From NCBI RefSeq assembly GCF_006345805.1, contig NC_043025.1, positions 15,190,001 through 15,254,000 on the forward strand: a DNA stretch of 64,000 nt, written 5' to 3'. Both the position numbers and the translations under genes were made by a program. The stretch comes from Octopus sinensis. Its lineage: Eukaryota. The notes beneath the pieces are model-generated. The model was given only the letters and a program-made list of their open reading frames with translations, ran no database searches and had not been told where the DNA came from. Below, piece after piece: positions 54,886 to 61,531 of this stretch (within the stretch, counting starts at the first letter, position 1; every line of letters begins with the position of its first letter).

Positions 54886-57800
54886 TGATCAAGCCCTGGA
54901 AAGATGAACAGCAAAGTTGACTTTGGCAGAATTTGAACTCAAAACGTAATGTGTCAGAAGAATTGCTGCTAAGCATTTTGCCCTACATGCTAATGTCTCT
55001 AACAGCTTGCTACCTTAATAATAATAATAATAATAATAATTATATTAAATAACAATAATAATAACACTAATTACTCTAACTTTGGCAGGAGGTAATTGAT
55101 ACTCTCAACCCTGAAACTTGGCTGGTACCTTATTTTATTGACCTCAGAGGGATGAAAGGTTGTTGACCTTTGCAAAATCTGAACTCGGAATGTAAAACTA
55201 GAAGAAATACTGCTAAACATTTTGTTTGGTTTGCTAATGAGTCTACCAGCTCGTTACAATAATAATAATAGTTTCAAATTTTGGTACAAGGCCAGCAAGT
55301 TTGGGGGAGGGAGTAAGTCTACCAGCTCATTACAATAATAATAGTTTCAAATTTTGGCACAAGGCCAGCAAGTTTGGGGGAGGGAGTAAGTCAAAATGAG
55401 CTGGTAGACTTACTCCCTCCCCCAAACTTGCTGGCCTTGTGCCAAAATTTGAAACTATTATTATTATTGTAATGAGCTGGTAGACTCATTAGCAAACCAA
55501 ATAAACATTGACCCCAGTGCGTAACTGGTACTTATTTCATTGACTCCTAAAGGATGAAAGGCAAAGTTGACCTCAGCAGAAATTGACCTCAGAGCATGAA
55601 AAAGACAAAATCCTGCCCAGCATGCTAACGAGTCTGTAATAACAATAATAATTGTTATTTGCAAACTAGGTGAAAGGTGTTCAATTTGAGGTAAAGGAGC
55701 TAGTGATTATTTCGACCTTCCTCCCTTGTCGACCCCTGAAGAAGATTGGCAAAAAAAAGAACAAAGGGCCATAGCTATATTGCAAAACATTTCTAGCAAT
55801 GGTAAAAGGTGTTCCAGCCATGACCATCCACCTTTTAGTCTATTGGGGGATTCATTTTCACACTACTCAAAATATCCTTCGTTAGGTCAGAATTGTGGCT
55901 GTTATTTCTTGCTGGTCCGCTGACCCTTTCGTTACTGTATTTCTGTTGAGATGCTCTGTGTTTCTTTCAATTAATTTTAAACATAACAAAGAATTTAGTA
56001 AAATAACTTGGTTATCATTAAGCTAACATTAGGAACAAAAATTGTGACTAAGGTTTGCTGGAAGATTTTAATCCAAAACTTTTGAAAACAAGACATTTGG
56101 GATCTTTTCGGTTTGAACGGCAGTTTTTTCTAGCGGTGTCATATGAAATTGTCACCCATAATTATGACCCTAGTATCGATCTATTGCATTTCAATCTGTT
56201 TTAGGGTTAGGTTTGGGGGAAGGGTATCTTTTTTCCTTCAGAAATGTAAATAAACCCAATCTGTTTCTTAAACGAGGGACATATTCATACGCACAGAATG
56301 TTTTTTTACTTCAATGGACGTCATTGATTGGTTGAAATTGCAGAAATTGAAGAAAAAAAAACCAACAAATATCTTACAAACTATAGAATTTTCTCAATAA
56401 AGCCAAGAGAAAAAGATGTTTTATAAACCCATTCTACCAGTATACGAAGTTTAAAAGTGTTTAGTTACGTGGAAATTATTTTTAAAAACTGCCGGTCAAA
56501 CCGAAAAGATTCGACATTTGTGCTCAGAGCCAGAGCCAGTTTCAGCTGGGTTGGTAACGAAAGGGTTAAGGCTACTGCTTGGTGGTGATGGTCAGGGTAG
56601 GAATAGGGCTGATAATTGTTGGAGGTTTTTTATTTTTTTTATTAACTGTATTTATGTTTGTTATTGTAATTTTCCCATGATGCATTGCTGTTCCTGTTTC
56701 CTCCCCCTCAGGTCTACCGCCAGATACACTTTCTGGACATAGAGATCGATTCCTTGCGGGATACAGGCAGTAAGTACATGCTTTCACTTACACTCAGCTT
56801 CTACTCACACTCATGCACACACTCATTCATATTTGTGCTCACAAAAGCTTTTTAACTCACACTCACATGTGCTTTCACTTACACAGTCTCTCCCTAGCAC
56901 TCATGCGTGCTCTAACTCACTCACACTCAACACACGCTCACTCACACTCAACACATGCTCACTCACACTCAACACACGCTAAACCCGTTCTCACTTGCAC
57001 TCACTCAAACATGCTATACATGCTCTCACTCACGTTCACTATATACCCTCTCACTCAGACTCAACACACACCACACATGCCATCACTCTCGTTCACTACA
57101 CTTACTTTCACTCACACTTATGCATGCTACACATGATCTCCCTTGCACTCATGCATGCTCACTCACACTCACACATGCTCTAAGTCTTACACTCATACAG
57201 ATGAGTTGGGGTGTGTATCTCAACAGTAATGCATGACTGGGATAAGTTTGATCATTGGCCAACTGGATCAGGACTGACCTGGGGTTAAACAACTGGCTAT
57301 TTAGTTATCAGTCCCAGAGGGGTCAAAGGCAAAGGGGACCTTACCAGGATATGATGTCTAGCATTTAGTCTAACCTCAACCACCACCATAATAATAATAA
57401 AGGCACAATGCCCGAAATTTTAGAGGGAAGTAAGTCAGTTACATTGACCCCAGTACGCAACTGGTATTTCATTTATCAACCCCGAAAGGATGAAAGGTAA
57501 AGTTGACCTCGGTATAATAATAATAATCCTTTCTACTATAGACACAAGGCCTGAAATTTGGGGGAAGGGGATAGCCGATTAGATCGACCCCAGTACATAA
57601 CTGGTACTTAATTTATCGACCCCAGAAAAGATGAAAAGCAAAGTCGACCTCAGCAGAATTTGAACTCAAATCGTAAAGATGAACAAAATGCCACTAAGTA
57701 TTTTGCCTGATGTGCTAACAATGCTGTCAGCTTGCCACCTTAGTAATAAGGATAAAGAGGAGGATTATACTAATAATAATCGTTTTTACCATAGGCACAA

Positions 57801-60800
57801 GGCCTGAAATTTGGGCGGACGGGATGATTAATTACATCGACCCCCAGTACTTAACTGGTTCCTAATTTATCGACCCCGAAAGGGTGAAAGGCAGAATTTG
57901 AACTCAGAACATAATGACGGGTGAAATACAATAATAATAATAAAAAGAATGATGATAATAATAATAATCCTTTTTACCATAGTTAGTTAGTTAATTATTT
58001 GGCTCAAAAAGCAAAAAGCAAGGCCATGTAGGGGGACATGGAGTTATGTACAGGGTGGTGTTCATGCAAAGAGTTCAAGCCACTTGTGGTCAAGGGAGAC
58101 TTTGAACCGAGTGGTCATCGGCATCTTCACTATCTCGTCTGGCAGCTTATTCCACGGATCCGCAACCCGGACAGAGAAAGCCCCTCTCCTTCGATTGAGA
58201 TGAAATCGTCGCAGATAGAGCTTTTCGGAGTGACCCCGCAGCCTACGCTCTGGAGCAGGAGTGAAGAACAGCTCTTTTGCAAGGTTACACCCTCTGCTTA
58301 TGATGTTGTGACATGATGTAAAAGACACTTGCCCATAGGCACAAGGCCTGAAATTTGGTGGGAGGGGATGATTAATTACATCGACCCCTAGTACTTAACT
58401 GGTTCTTTATTTATTGACCCCGAAAGGGTGAAAGGCAGAATTTGAATTCAGAACATAGTGACGGGTGAAATACAATAATAATAAGAAGAAGAAAAATAAT
58501 GATAATAATAATAATAATCTTGTTAAATTGCTTCTCCTTTCTGATTTCTTTGTTGTTTTCCAGTTTGAAACAGTTCTATCACCAAAGTGGGACCCTGCAG
58601 TATTTCAAGAACTTGGTTCAAGTCCCTCTTCTACCAGATGTAAGTATCTCAATCTTTATTTTTTGTCTTCTATTTGTTTCAATCATTGGGCTGTGGCCAT
58701 GCTGGGGCACTACCTTCAACAGTTTTAGTCATACAAATTCAGCCCTGTGCTCCTTCCTGGATTTTCAAATCTGGTAATTATTTCGTTGCTATCTTTTTTG
58801 TCAGAGCGTTTAAGTTATAGGGATGTAAACAAACAAACATTGGCTTTCACATGGTGGGCAGCCAAACAGATACACACATATATACTCTCTTTACTCTTTT
58901 ATTTGTTTGTCATTTGACTGTGGCCATACTGGAGCACTGCCTTTAGTCGATCAAATCGACCCCAGGACTTATTCTTTGTAAGCCTGGTACTTATTTTATC
59001 GGTCTCTTTTTTGCCGAGCCGCTAAGTTATGAGGCTGTAAACACACCAGCATCGGTTGTCAAGCGATGTTGGGGGGGACAAACACTCACGCAAACACGCA
59101 CATACATATATATATGTTGGCCTGCTCGCTTAGCCAGCGGGGTGGCGTCATTTGAAGGCTAAAACAATGTGAAGCGCATTGTGACCACGATGTGTAACAA
59201 CATCTGATAGCCTAGTCGGTCACGTGATCATATACATATATATACAATGGGCTTCTTTCAGTTTCTGTCTATCAAATCCACTCACAGGGCTTTGGTCGGC
59301 CTGAGGCTATAGTAGAAGACACTTGCCCAAGGTGCCACGCAGTGGGACTGAACCCAGAACCATGTGGTTCGTAAGCAAGCTACTTACCACACAGCCACTC
59401 CTATGCCTATATATATATAATTAGAAAATGGAGAAAACCACAGATCAACAGATACATTGATTGGACCACATTTATAGCTTATTTTTTAATACAAAGCATC
59501 ACATAACAAAATAGGTGACGTAGCATATCTTCTGGCTGTTACTGATCGGTTACCAGAATATCTCTTCTCTCTCTATATAAATGGCAGTTTGTCTGTGTGT
59601 GTTTCTGTGTGTCTGTCAGGTTGTACCCTCACCCTGACCACGGCTTTCAACCGATTCTGATGAAACTTGACAGACACATAGCCCAATGTCATAATTCAAA
59701 ACTAACGCAGCGAAAATTTTGAAAAGTTCCCCCAGTTCTGAAAAAAATCGATAAATTCGACACGGGGTTGAGAATCAGAAACACACCACAGACTGTCTAG
59801 GGGACGCAACTCGACCTTTTTTAACTAAAAAAAAAAAATTTACCATCGTTTTTTTTCCATTTTTTGGCTATTTTTTGGCTATAACTCTCTAAAAATGCTT
59901 TATAGTTATTTCCCTTACAAACCTGAGCAACGCCGGGCGATACTGCTAGTTGTCTATAAATAAGCACGCAAATAAAGTTCTTCATCTTCATCAGGCATTG
60001 GAATTAAGGCAATGGATCTTCATCAGGAAGATGGGAAAGGAAAGAAAACTTGGCTTAGACAAATAGTCTAAAAGCCCAATATGTTAAGAGCAAATAATTT
60101 ACCATGAGGGGCTACAGGGTCCATATGTAAAAGAGTGAGCTAGTAATGGTCTAGGGACCATTATTAATGGGTAGCTGCAATTTGAAGGGTGGAGGAGGGT
60201 CAGGCTGTTTAAAAAAGAAGTTATCAAGGAACTCTATATAAGGGAAATACTAAGATGGTTATCAAAGGGCAGAACCTCTGCTGATGGAGTAAACTCAAGT
60301 ACAAGTAAACAATTATTGTAGGGTGCTAAAGAGAAATCTATTCACAGACCTTAATACCGAGAGACCCACCTATGGGGCAAGTCTAAGTCCAGAGGTCTTT
60401 ACAATTGGTCAGTTACAATTTGAACCAAGGTCACTAGTTAAGACCATTACAAAGGATTTGTTTATACATAAACAAGAAAAAGGAAAAAAGATATGGAGGA
60501 GAATTCGATGAAAAGATAACATATTGAATCGCTGGAGGGTATATCAGCCGAAACGTTGTCTAAACAACAAACAAGATGAGGACAAATATCCATCAAATGT
60601 AAATAAAGTAAATAGTGTTTGTTCCAACTCATTACATTTTGAGATCAAATACCACTAAGGTCAACTTTTCCTTTCATCCCTTCAGGTACCAGTTGAGCAG
60701 AGTGGTCAATGGGTCAATGTAATTGACTAGTTCCCTTGCCCCTAAATTTCGGACCTTGTCCCTAAAGTAGAATTATTATTATTAAGGTGGTGCACTGGCA

Positions 60801-61399
60801 GAATCGTTAGCATGTCGGACAAAATGCTTAATGGCATTTCATTTGTCTCTACATTCCGAGTTCAAATCCTGCCAAAGTCGGCCTTGCTTGTCATCATTTT
60901 GGGGTCGATAAAATAAAGTACCAGTCACACACAGTATTATCATTATTATTATTAAAGGTTACAAGTTGGCAGAACCATGAGCATGTTGGGCGAAATGCTT
61001 AGCAGCATTTTGTCTGCTGTTACGTTCTGAGTTCAAATTCCACCGAGGTCAAATTTGCCTTTCATCCTTTCAGGGTCGATAAAATAAGTATTAGTTGAAA
61101 ACTGGGATCAATTTAATCAACTCATCCTCTCCCACCAAAAATTGCTGCCCTTGTGGTAAAATTTGAAACCATTATTATTATTATTATTATTATATTATTA
61201 TTATTATTATCATTATTATTATCATCATTATTATTATTGTTACTGTTATACTTTACAGGATCCCCCAAACTTCACTATTGCCTCCGACTTTAGCAAACAT
61301 GTCAAGCCTGTTGCAGTTGTACCCGAAGAGATGGAACCAGAAGCAGAGACTCCAGAATTCGATGGAATCGGTTTCCTAATAGATACCTCTTCACCTATT
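608..61399 (+). CDS. HIP1: Huntingtin-interacting protein 1 family (HIP1/HIP1R/Sla2) orthologue, coding exons 1-11 (ANTH domain plus linker); 3' part lies outside the window
   Basis: Exons 608-694, 28678-28741, 30841-30983, 36459-36515, 39796-39876, 44232-44308, 47293-47354, 50010-50150, 56712-56769, 58564-58639 and 61259-61399 join in frame (987 nt, no stops, all GT-AG). The peptides are colinear with human HIP1 as I recall it (INKAIN...KEKH, CWKFxHVxHKLLRxGH, GQCRLAPLI, LPxDTLxGHRDRF, PPNF). Assignment to HIP1 versus HIP1R cannot be made by eye. Confidence 0.96.
3010..3260 (-). mobile_element. Decayed RTE-like LINE C-terminal fragment
   Basis: [15 protein letters not shown] and a frameshifted RGK..W..DL-like segment; weak similarity. 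Confidence 0.45.
5555..5952 (-). mobile_element. Abundant tRNA-head SINE, family A (other copies about 17727-18092 +, 18102-18465 +, 19600-19950 +, 21300-21665 -, 26020-26402 -, 34950-35290 -, 58885-59408 -, 63712-64000 -)
   Basis: Recurrent 370-400 bp sequence with head AGGCGCAGGAGTGGCTGTGTGGT..GGTTCAGTCCC and an internal (CA/TA)n tract. Confidence 0.88.
5968..6100 (-). mobile_element. Helitron 3'-end fragment
   Basis: Minus strand reads GGCAACGCCGGGTATCTCTGCTAG|T; the 5' extent is uncertain. Confidence 0.5.
6248..6588 (+). mobile_element. tRNA-derived SINE (another family)
   Basis: Head GGCGCATGGCTCAGTGGTTAGAGC with a degenerate B box, followed by a SINE-like body. Confidence 0.7.
7023..7740 (-). 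mobile_element. Decayed Tc1/mariner-superfamily transposase, possibly maT-like
   Basis: Minus-strand fragments [40 protein letters not shown] and terminal [21 protein letters not shown], with stops and frameshifts. Confidence 0.75.
7803..8122 (-). mobile_element. tRNA-derived SINE, same family as 11798-12104, opposite orientation
   Basis: Reverse complement aligns over about 300 bp; A and B boxes present. Confidence 0.88.
9475..9695. mobile_element. piggyBac-like MITE
   Basis: TTAA|CCCTTTTG ... CAAAAGGG|TTAA. A second copy at 55924-56565 is interrupted by another MITE. Confidence 0.8.
10309..10343 (+). ncRNA. Minimal hammerhead-like motif (CCGAUGA core)
   Basis: GTTT-CCGATGA-A-GAGC(TCC)GCTC-GAAA-CG-TT-AAAC; a 3' half of the same family occurs at 18771-18794. 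Confidence 0.5.
10500..10770. repeat. Long palindrome (about 135-bp arms, no spacer), Penelope-like terminal repeat candidate
   Basis: Centre GTCC|GGAC at 10634/10635; arms match except for three single mismatches and one short variable patch. Confidence 0.92.
10640..10688 (+). ncRNA. Hammerhead-like motif with G3-C8 core (mirror copy 10582-10629 on minus)
   Basis: TTGTCA-GTGAACA-G-GTCGC(GGTCCTAAA)GCGAC-GAAA-ATAT-TT-CGACAA; the minus copy has a perfect stem I ending TGACAA. Confidence 0.5.
11798..12104 (+). mobile_element. tRNA-derived SINE with 12-bp TSD, nested in a (CAT/GAT)n-tailed repeat
   Basis: A box TGGCCTAGTGG, B box GGTTCGAATCT, (AAC)n tail; CCCTGCTGGTGG duplicated at 11786-11797 and 12105-12116. 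Confidence 0.88.
13560..14570 (-). mobile_element. Cluster of SINE family B copies separated by (TAA)n (further clusters about 15620-16090, 53170-55640, 57390-58480, 60640-61160, 63350-63700)
   Basis: Repeated GGCGGCGAGCTGGCAGAAACGTTAGC..GAGTTCAAATTCCGCCGAGGTCGAC units on the minus strand, including an exact 184-bp tandem duplication at 13853-14220. Confidence 0.85.
14545..14890. repeat. Compound (AAT/GAT)n microsatellite (similar tract at 33600-33905)
   Basis: Direct reading; source of the poly-Ile/Met ORFs. Confidence 0.95.
17538..17632 (+). ncRNA. Hammerhead-like motif with canonical CUGAUGA/GAAA core and long stem II
   Basis: GGT-CTGATGA-T-TGGGGT..GGGTTCC/GGAACCC..ACCCCA-T-GAAA-CACATG-TT-GCC. 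Confidence 0.5.
20225..20531. mobile_element. Possible pogo/Tigger-like MITE
   Basis: TA|CAGAGAACCCTTAG start with an imperfect inverse CTAGTGGGGCCTCTG end. Confidence 0.4.
21760..25940 (+). mobile_element. Head-to-tail dimer of a composite non-autonomous Helitron (units 21760-23649 and 23650-25940)
   Basis: A|TC start, CTAG|TC junction at 23649/23650, CTAG|T end. GC-rich subterminal hairpin CCCGAGCAACGCCGGG. The two units are near-identical apart from small indels and one 425-bp indel. Confidence 0.8.
22405..22995 (+). mobile_element. 5' mariner fragment inside Helitron unit 1 (second copy about 24710-25300)
   Basis: [19 protein letters not shown]...[18 protein letters not shown]...GQWVPHEL; truncated by an inner Helitron 5' end at 23012. 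Confidence 0.88.
26950..27363. mobile_element. GGGATC-TIR MITE of about 414 bp
   Basis: About 30-bp TIRs and near-identity to 56099-56513; a partial third copy lies at about 45510-45611. Confidence 0.82.
27640..28230. repeat. Purine-rich GA low-complexity tract (CT-rich tracts at 1-600, 11130-11500 and 39950-40085)
   Basis: Strong purine/pyrimidine strand asymmetry, seen directly. Confidence 0.9.
28678..28741 (+). CDS. HIP1: HIP1 exon 2: [21 protein letters not shown]
   Basis: Acceptor TTTGCAG, donor GTATCCTTT. Contains the ANTH phosphoinositide-binding K...KxKH motif. Confidence 0.96.
28773..29079. repeat. Interrupted (CA)n tract, one of many dinucleotide and tetranucleotide microsatellites
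   Basis: Direct reading; begins about 30 nt after the exon 2 donor. Confidence 0.95.
29080..29395 (-). mobile_element. (GAT)n-tailed SINE-like family C (other copies about 5101-5340, 30380-30680, 43441-43684, 51130-51620, 54340-54660, 62560-63035)
   Basis: Recurrent CATCATCATCGTTTAACGTCCG..GCTAGCATGGGTTGGACGG..GATGCCCTTCCTAACGCCAACCAC with internal subrepeats. Confidence 0.82.
29507..29640. repeat. Palindrome with 67-bp arms
   Basis: Centre TTTTATT|AATAAAA at 29573/29574; one 9-nt mismatched patch. Confidence 0.9.
30841..30983 (+). CDS. HIP1: HIP1 exon 3: [48 protein letters not shown]
   Basis: Acceptor CTCTAAG, donor GTAAGT, phase 1 to 0; ANTH helices match. Confidence 0.96.
31340..31708 (+). 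mobile_element. Non-autonomous Helitron-like element
   Basis: A|TCTCTCTATATATAAA 5' end; 3' hairpin followed by CTAG|T. Confidence 0.72.
35731..36345 (-). mobile_element. Mariner relic, same family as 44483-45355
   Basis: TA|TTGGGTCATCCCATAAATAA terminus and colinear similarity to the 44.5-45.2 kb copy. Confidence 0.85.
36459..36515 (+). CDS. HIP1: HIP1 exon 4: [19 protein letters not shown]
   Basis: Acceptor TTTTTTAG, donor GTAAGT, 57 nt, phase 0-0; aligns to VLKDSLRY...MSRMW. Confidence 0.92.
38419..38689. repeat. Long inverted repeat (about 127-bp arms, about 18-nt spacer)
   Basis: ATTCTGTTGTG...GCAACCTTTT pairs with AAAAGGTTGC...CACAACAGAAT. Confidence 0.9.
38996..39435 (+). mobile_element. 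3' fragment of an RTE-clade LINE
   Basis: [34 protein letters not shown], followed by a CxxC...H zinc-knuckle-like remnant and an RTE-like 3' end. Confidence 0.85.
39796..39876 (+). CDS. HIP1: HIP1 exon 5: [27 protein letters not shown]
   Basis: Acceptor CTCCAG, donor GTATCT, 81 nt; matches GHLxxGYGxLxxxYxKLL. Confidence 0.95.
40297..40575 (+). pseudogene. Decayed C2H2 zinc-finger array relic
   Basis: [39 protein letters not shown] and [26 protein letters not shown] follow the 28-aa HTGEKPY.CDICGKSF spacing, with stops. Confidence 0.72.
41050..43184. repeat. Tandem array of 233-bp units (9 complete plus 1 partial)
   Basis: GCCATTCCCGCC recurs at 41050, 41283, 41516, 41749, 41982, 42215, 42448, 42679, 42911 and 43142. 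Confidence 0.97.
44232..44308 (+). CDS. HIP1: HIP1 exon 6: [25 protein letters not shown](Y)
   Basis: Acceptor TTCTACAG, donor GTAAGT, phase 0 to 2; matches NPRFPGNL...DVNN. Confidence 0.94.
44483..45355 (-). mobile_element. Internally deleted mariner element with both TIRs
   Basis: TIR-like TGGGTCATCCCATA at 44483 and its inverse near 45341-45355. N-terminal HTH remnant ([19 protein letters not shown]) and C-terminal [13 protein letters not shown]...[18 protein letters not shown]. Confidence 0.9.
47293..47354 (+). CDS. HIP1: HIP1 exon 7: [20 protein letters not shown]
   Basis: Acceptor GTTGCAG, donor GTACGT, phase 2 to 1, consistent with both neighbouring exons. Confidence 0.92.
47517..47905 (-). 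mobile_element. Non-autonomous Helitron-like element, decayed 3' end
   Basis: Minus strand begins A|TCTATATATATAAAGC and ends AACCCATCAACACTGGGTGATACTGCTCG|T, a diverged version of the family 3' end. Confidence 0.65.
48601..49050 (-). mobile_element. Mariner relic of a second family
   Basis: Terminus CGAGGTCTGATAAAAAA; the minus strand translates [18 protein letters not shown] (first catalytic D region). Confidence 0.78.
50010..50150 (+). CDS. HIP1: HIP1 exon 8: [47 protein letters not shown]
   Basis: Acceptor CTGCAG, donor GTAAGT; contains the highly conserved SLDMSRS and GQCRLAPLI motifs. Confidence 0.97.
52706..52750 (-). ncRNA. Minimal type I hammerhead-like motif (CCGAUGA core variant)
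   Basis: CTAGA-CCGATGA-T-GGGT(AAAG)ACCC-T-GAAA-CATGCATG-TC-TCTAG: stem I 5 bp, palindromic stem III, GUC triplet. Confidence 0.6.
55924..56565. mobile_element. piggyBac-like MITE carrying a nested GGGATC-TIR MITE (56099-56513)
   Basis: The flanks match 9475-9695. The insert has TIR GGGATCTTTTCGGTTTGAACGGCAG and is flanked by duplicated ACATTT. Confidence 0.8.
56712..56769 (+). CDS. HIP1: HIP1 exon 9: (S)[18 protein letters not shown](H)
   Basis: Acceptor CCCTCAG, donor GTAAGT, phase 1 to 2. Confidence 0.95.
57983..58332 (-). mobile_element. 5'-truncated CR1/L2-type LINE with target-site duplication
   Basis: [36 protein letters not shown]; (TAAC)n-like tail; CCATAG duplicated at 57977-57982 and 58333-58338. 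Confidence 0.85.
58564..58639 (+). CDS. HIP1: HIP1 exon 10: [25 protein letters not shown]
   Basis: Acceptor TTTCCAG, donor GTAAGT; matches LQYFKRLIQIPQLP. Confidence 0.95.
59561..59949 (+). mobile_element. Non-autonomous Helitron-like element
   Basis: A|TC start. The 3' ~130 bp (to GCAACGCCGGGCGATACTGCTAG|T) is shared with the ends at 23649 and 25940. Confidence 0.75.
61259..61399 (+). CDS. HIP1: HIP1 exon 11: [47 protein letters not shown]
   Basis: Acceptor TTTACAG, donor GTATGT, 141 nt; matches PPNFLRAS..SEHISPVVVIP. The 3' boundary is less certain than the 5'. Confidence 0.88.
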
Positions 61400-61440
61400 G
61401 TATGTCACACACACACACACACATATATATACATATATAT

Positions 61441-61531
61441 AAATAAGAAAATGGAGAAACAAATTCTTTTCGTTCATCAACTTACGGATAGTTGATGAAC
61501 GAAATGAATTTGTTCCTCCATTTTCTTATTT
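61441..61531. repeat. Hairpin with a 42-bp stem and 7-nt loop
   Basis: Arms 61441-61482 and 61490-61531 differ at 2 positions. Confidence 0.9.
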
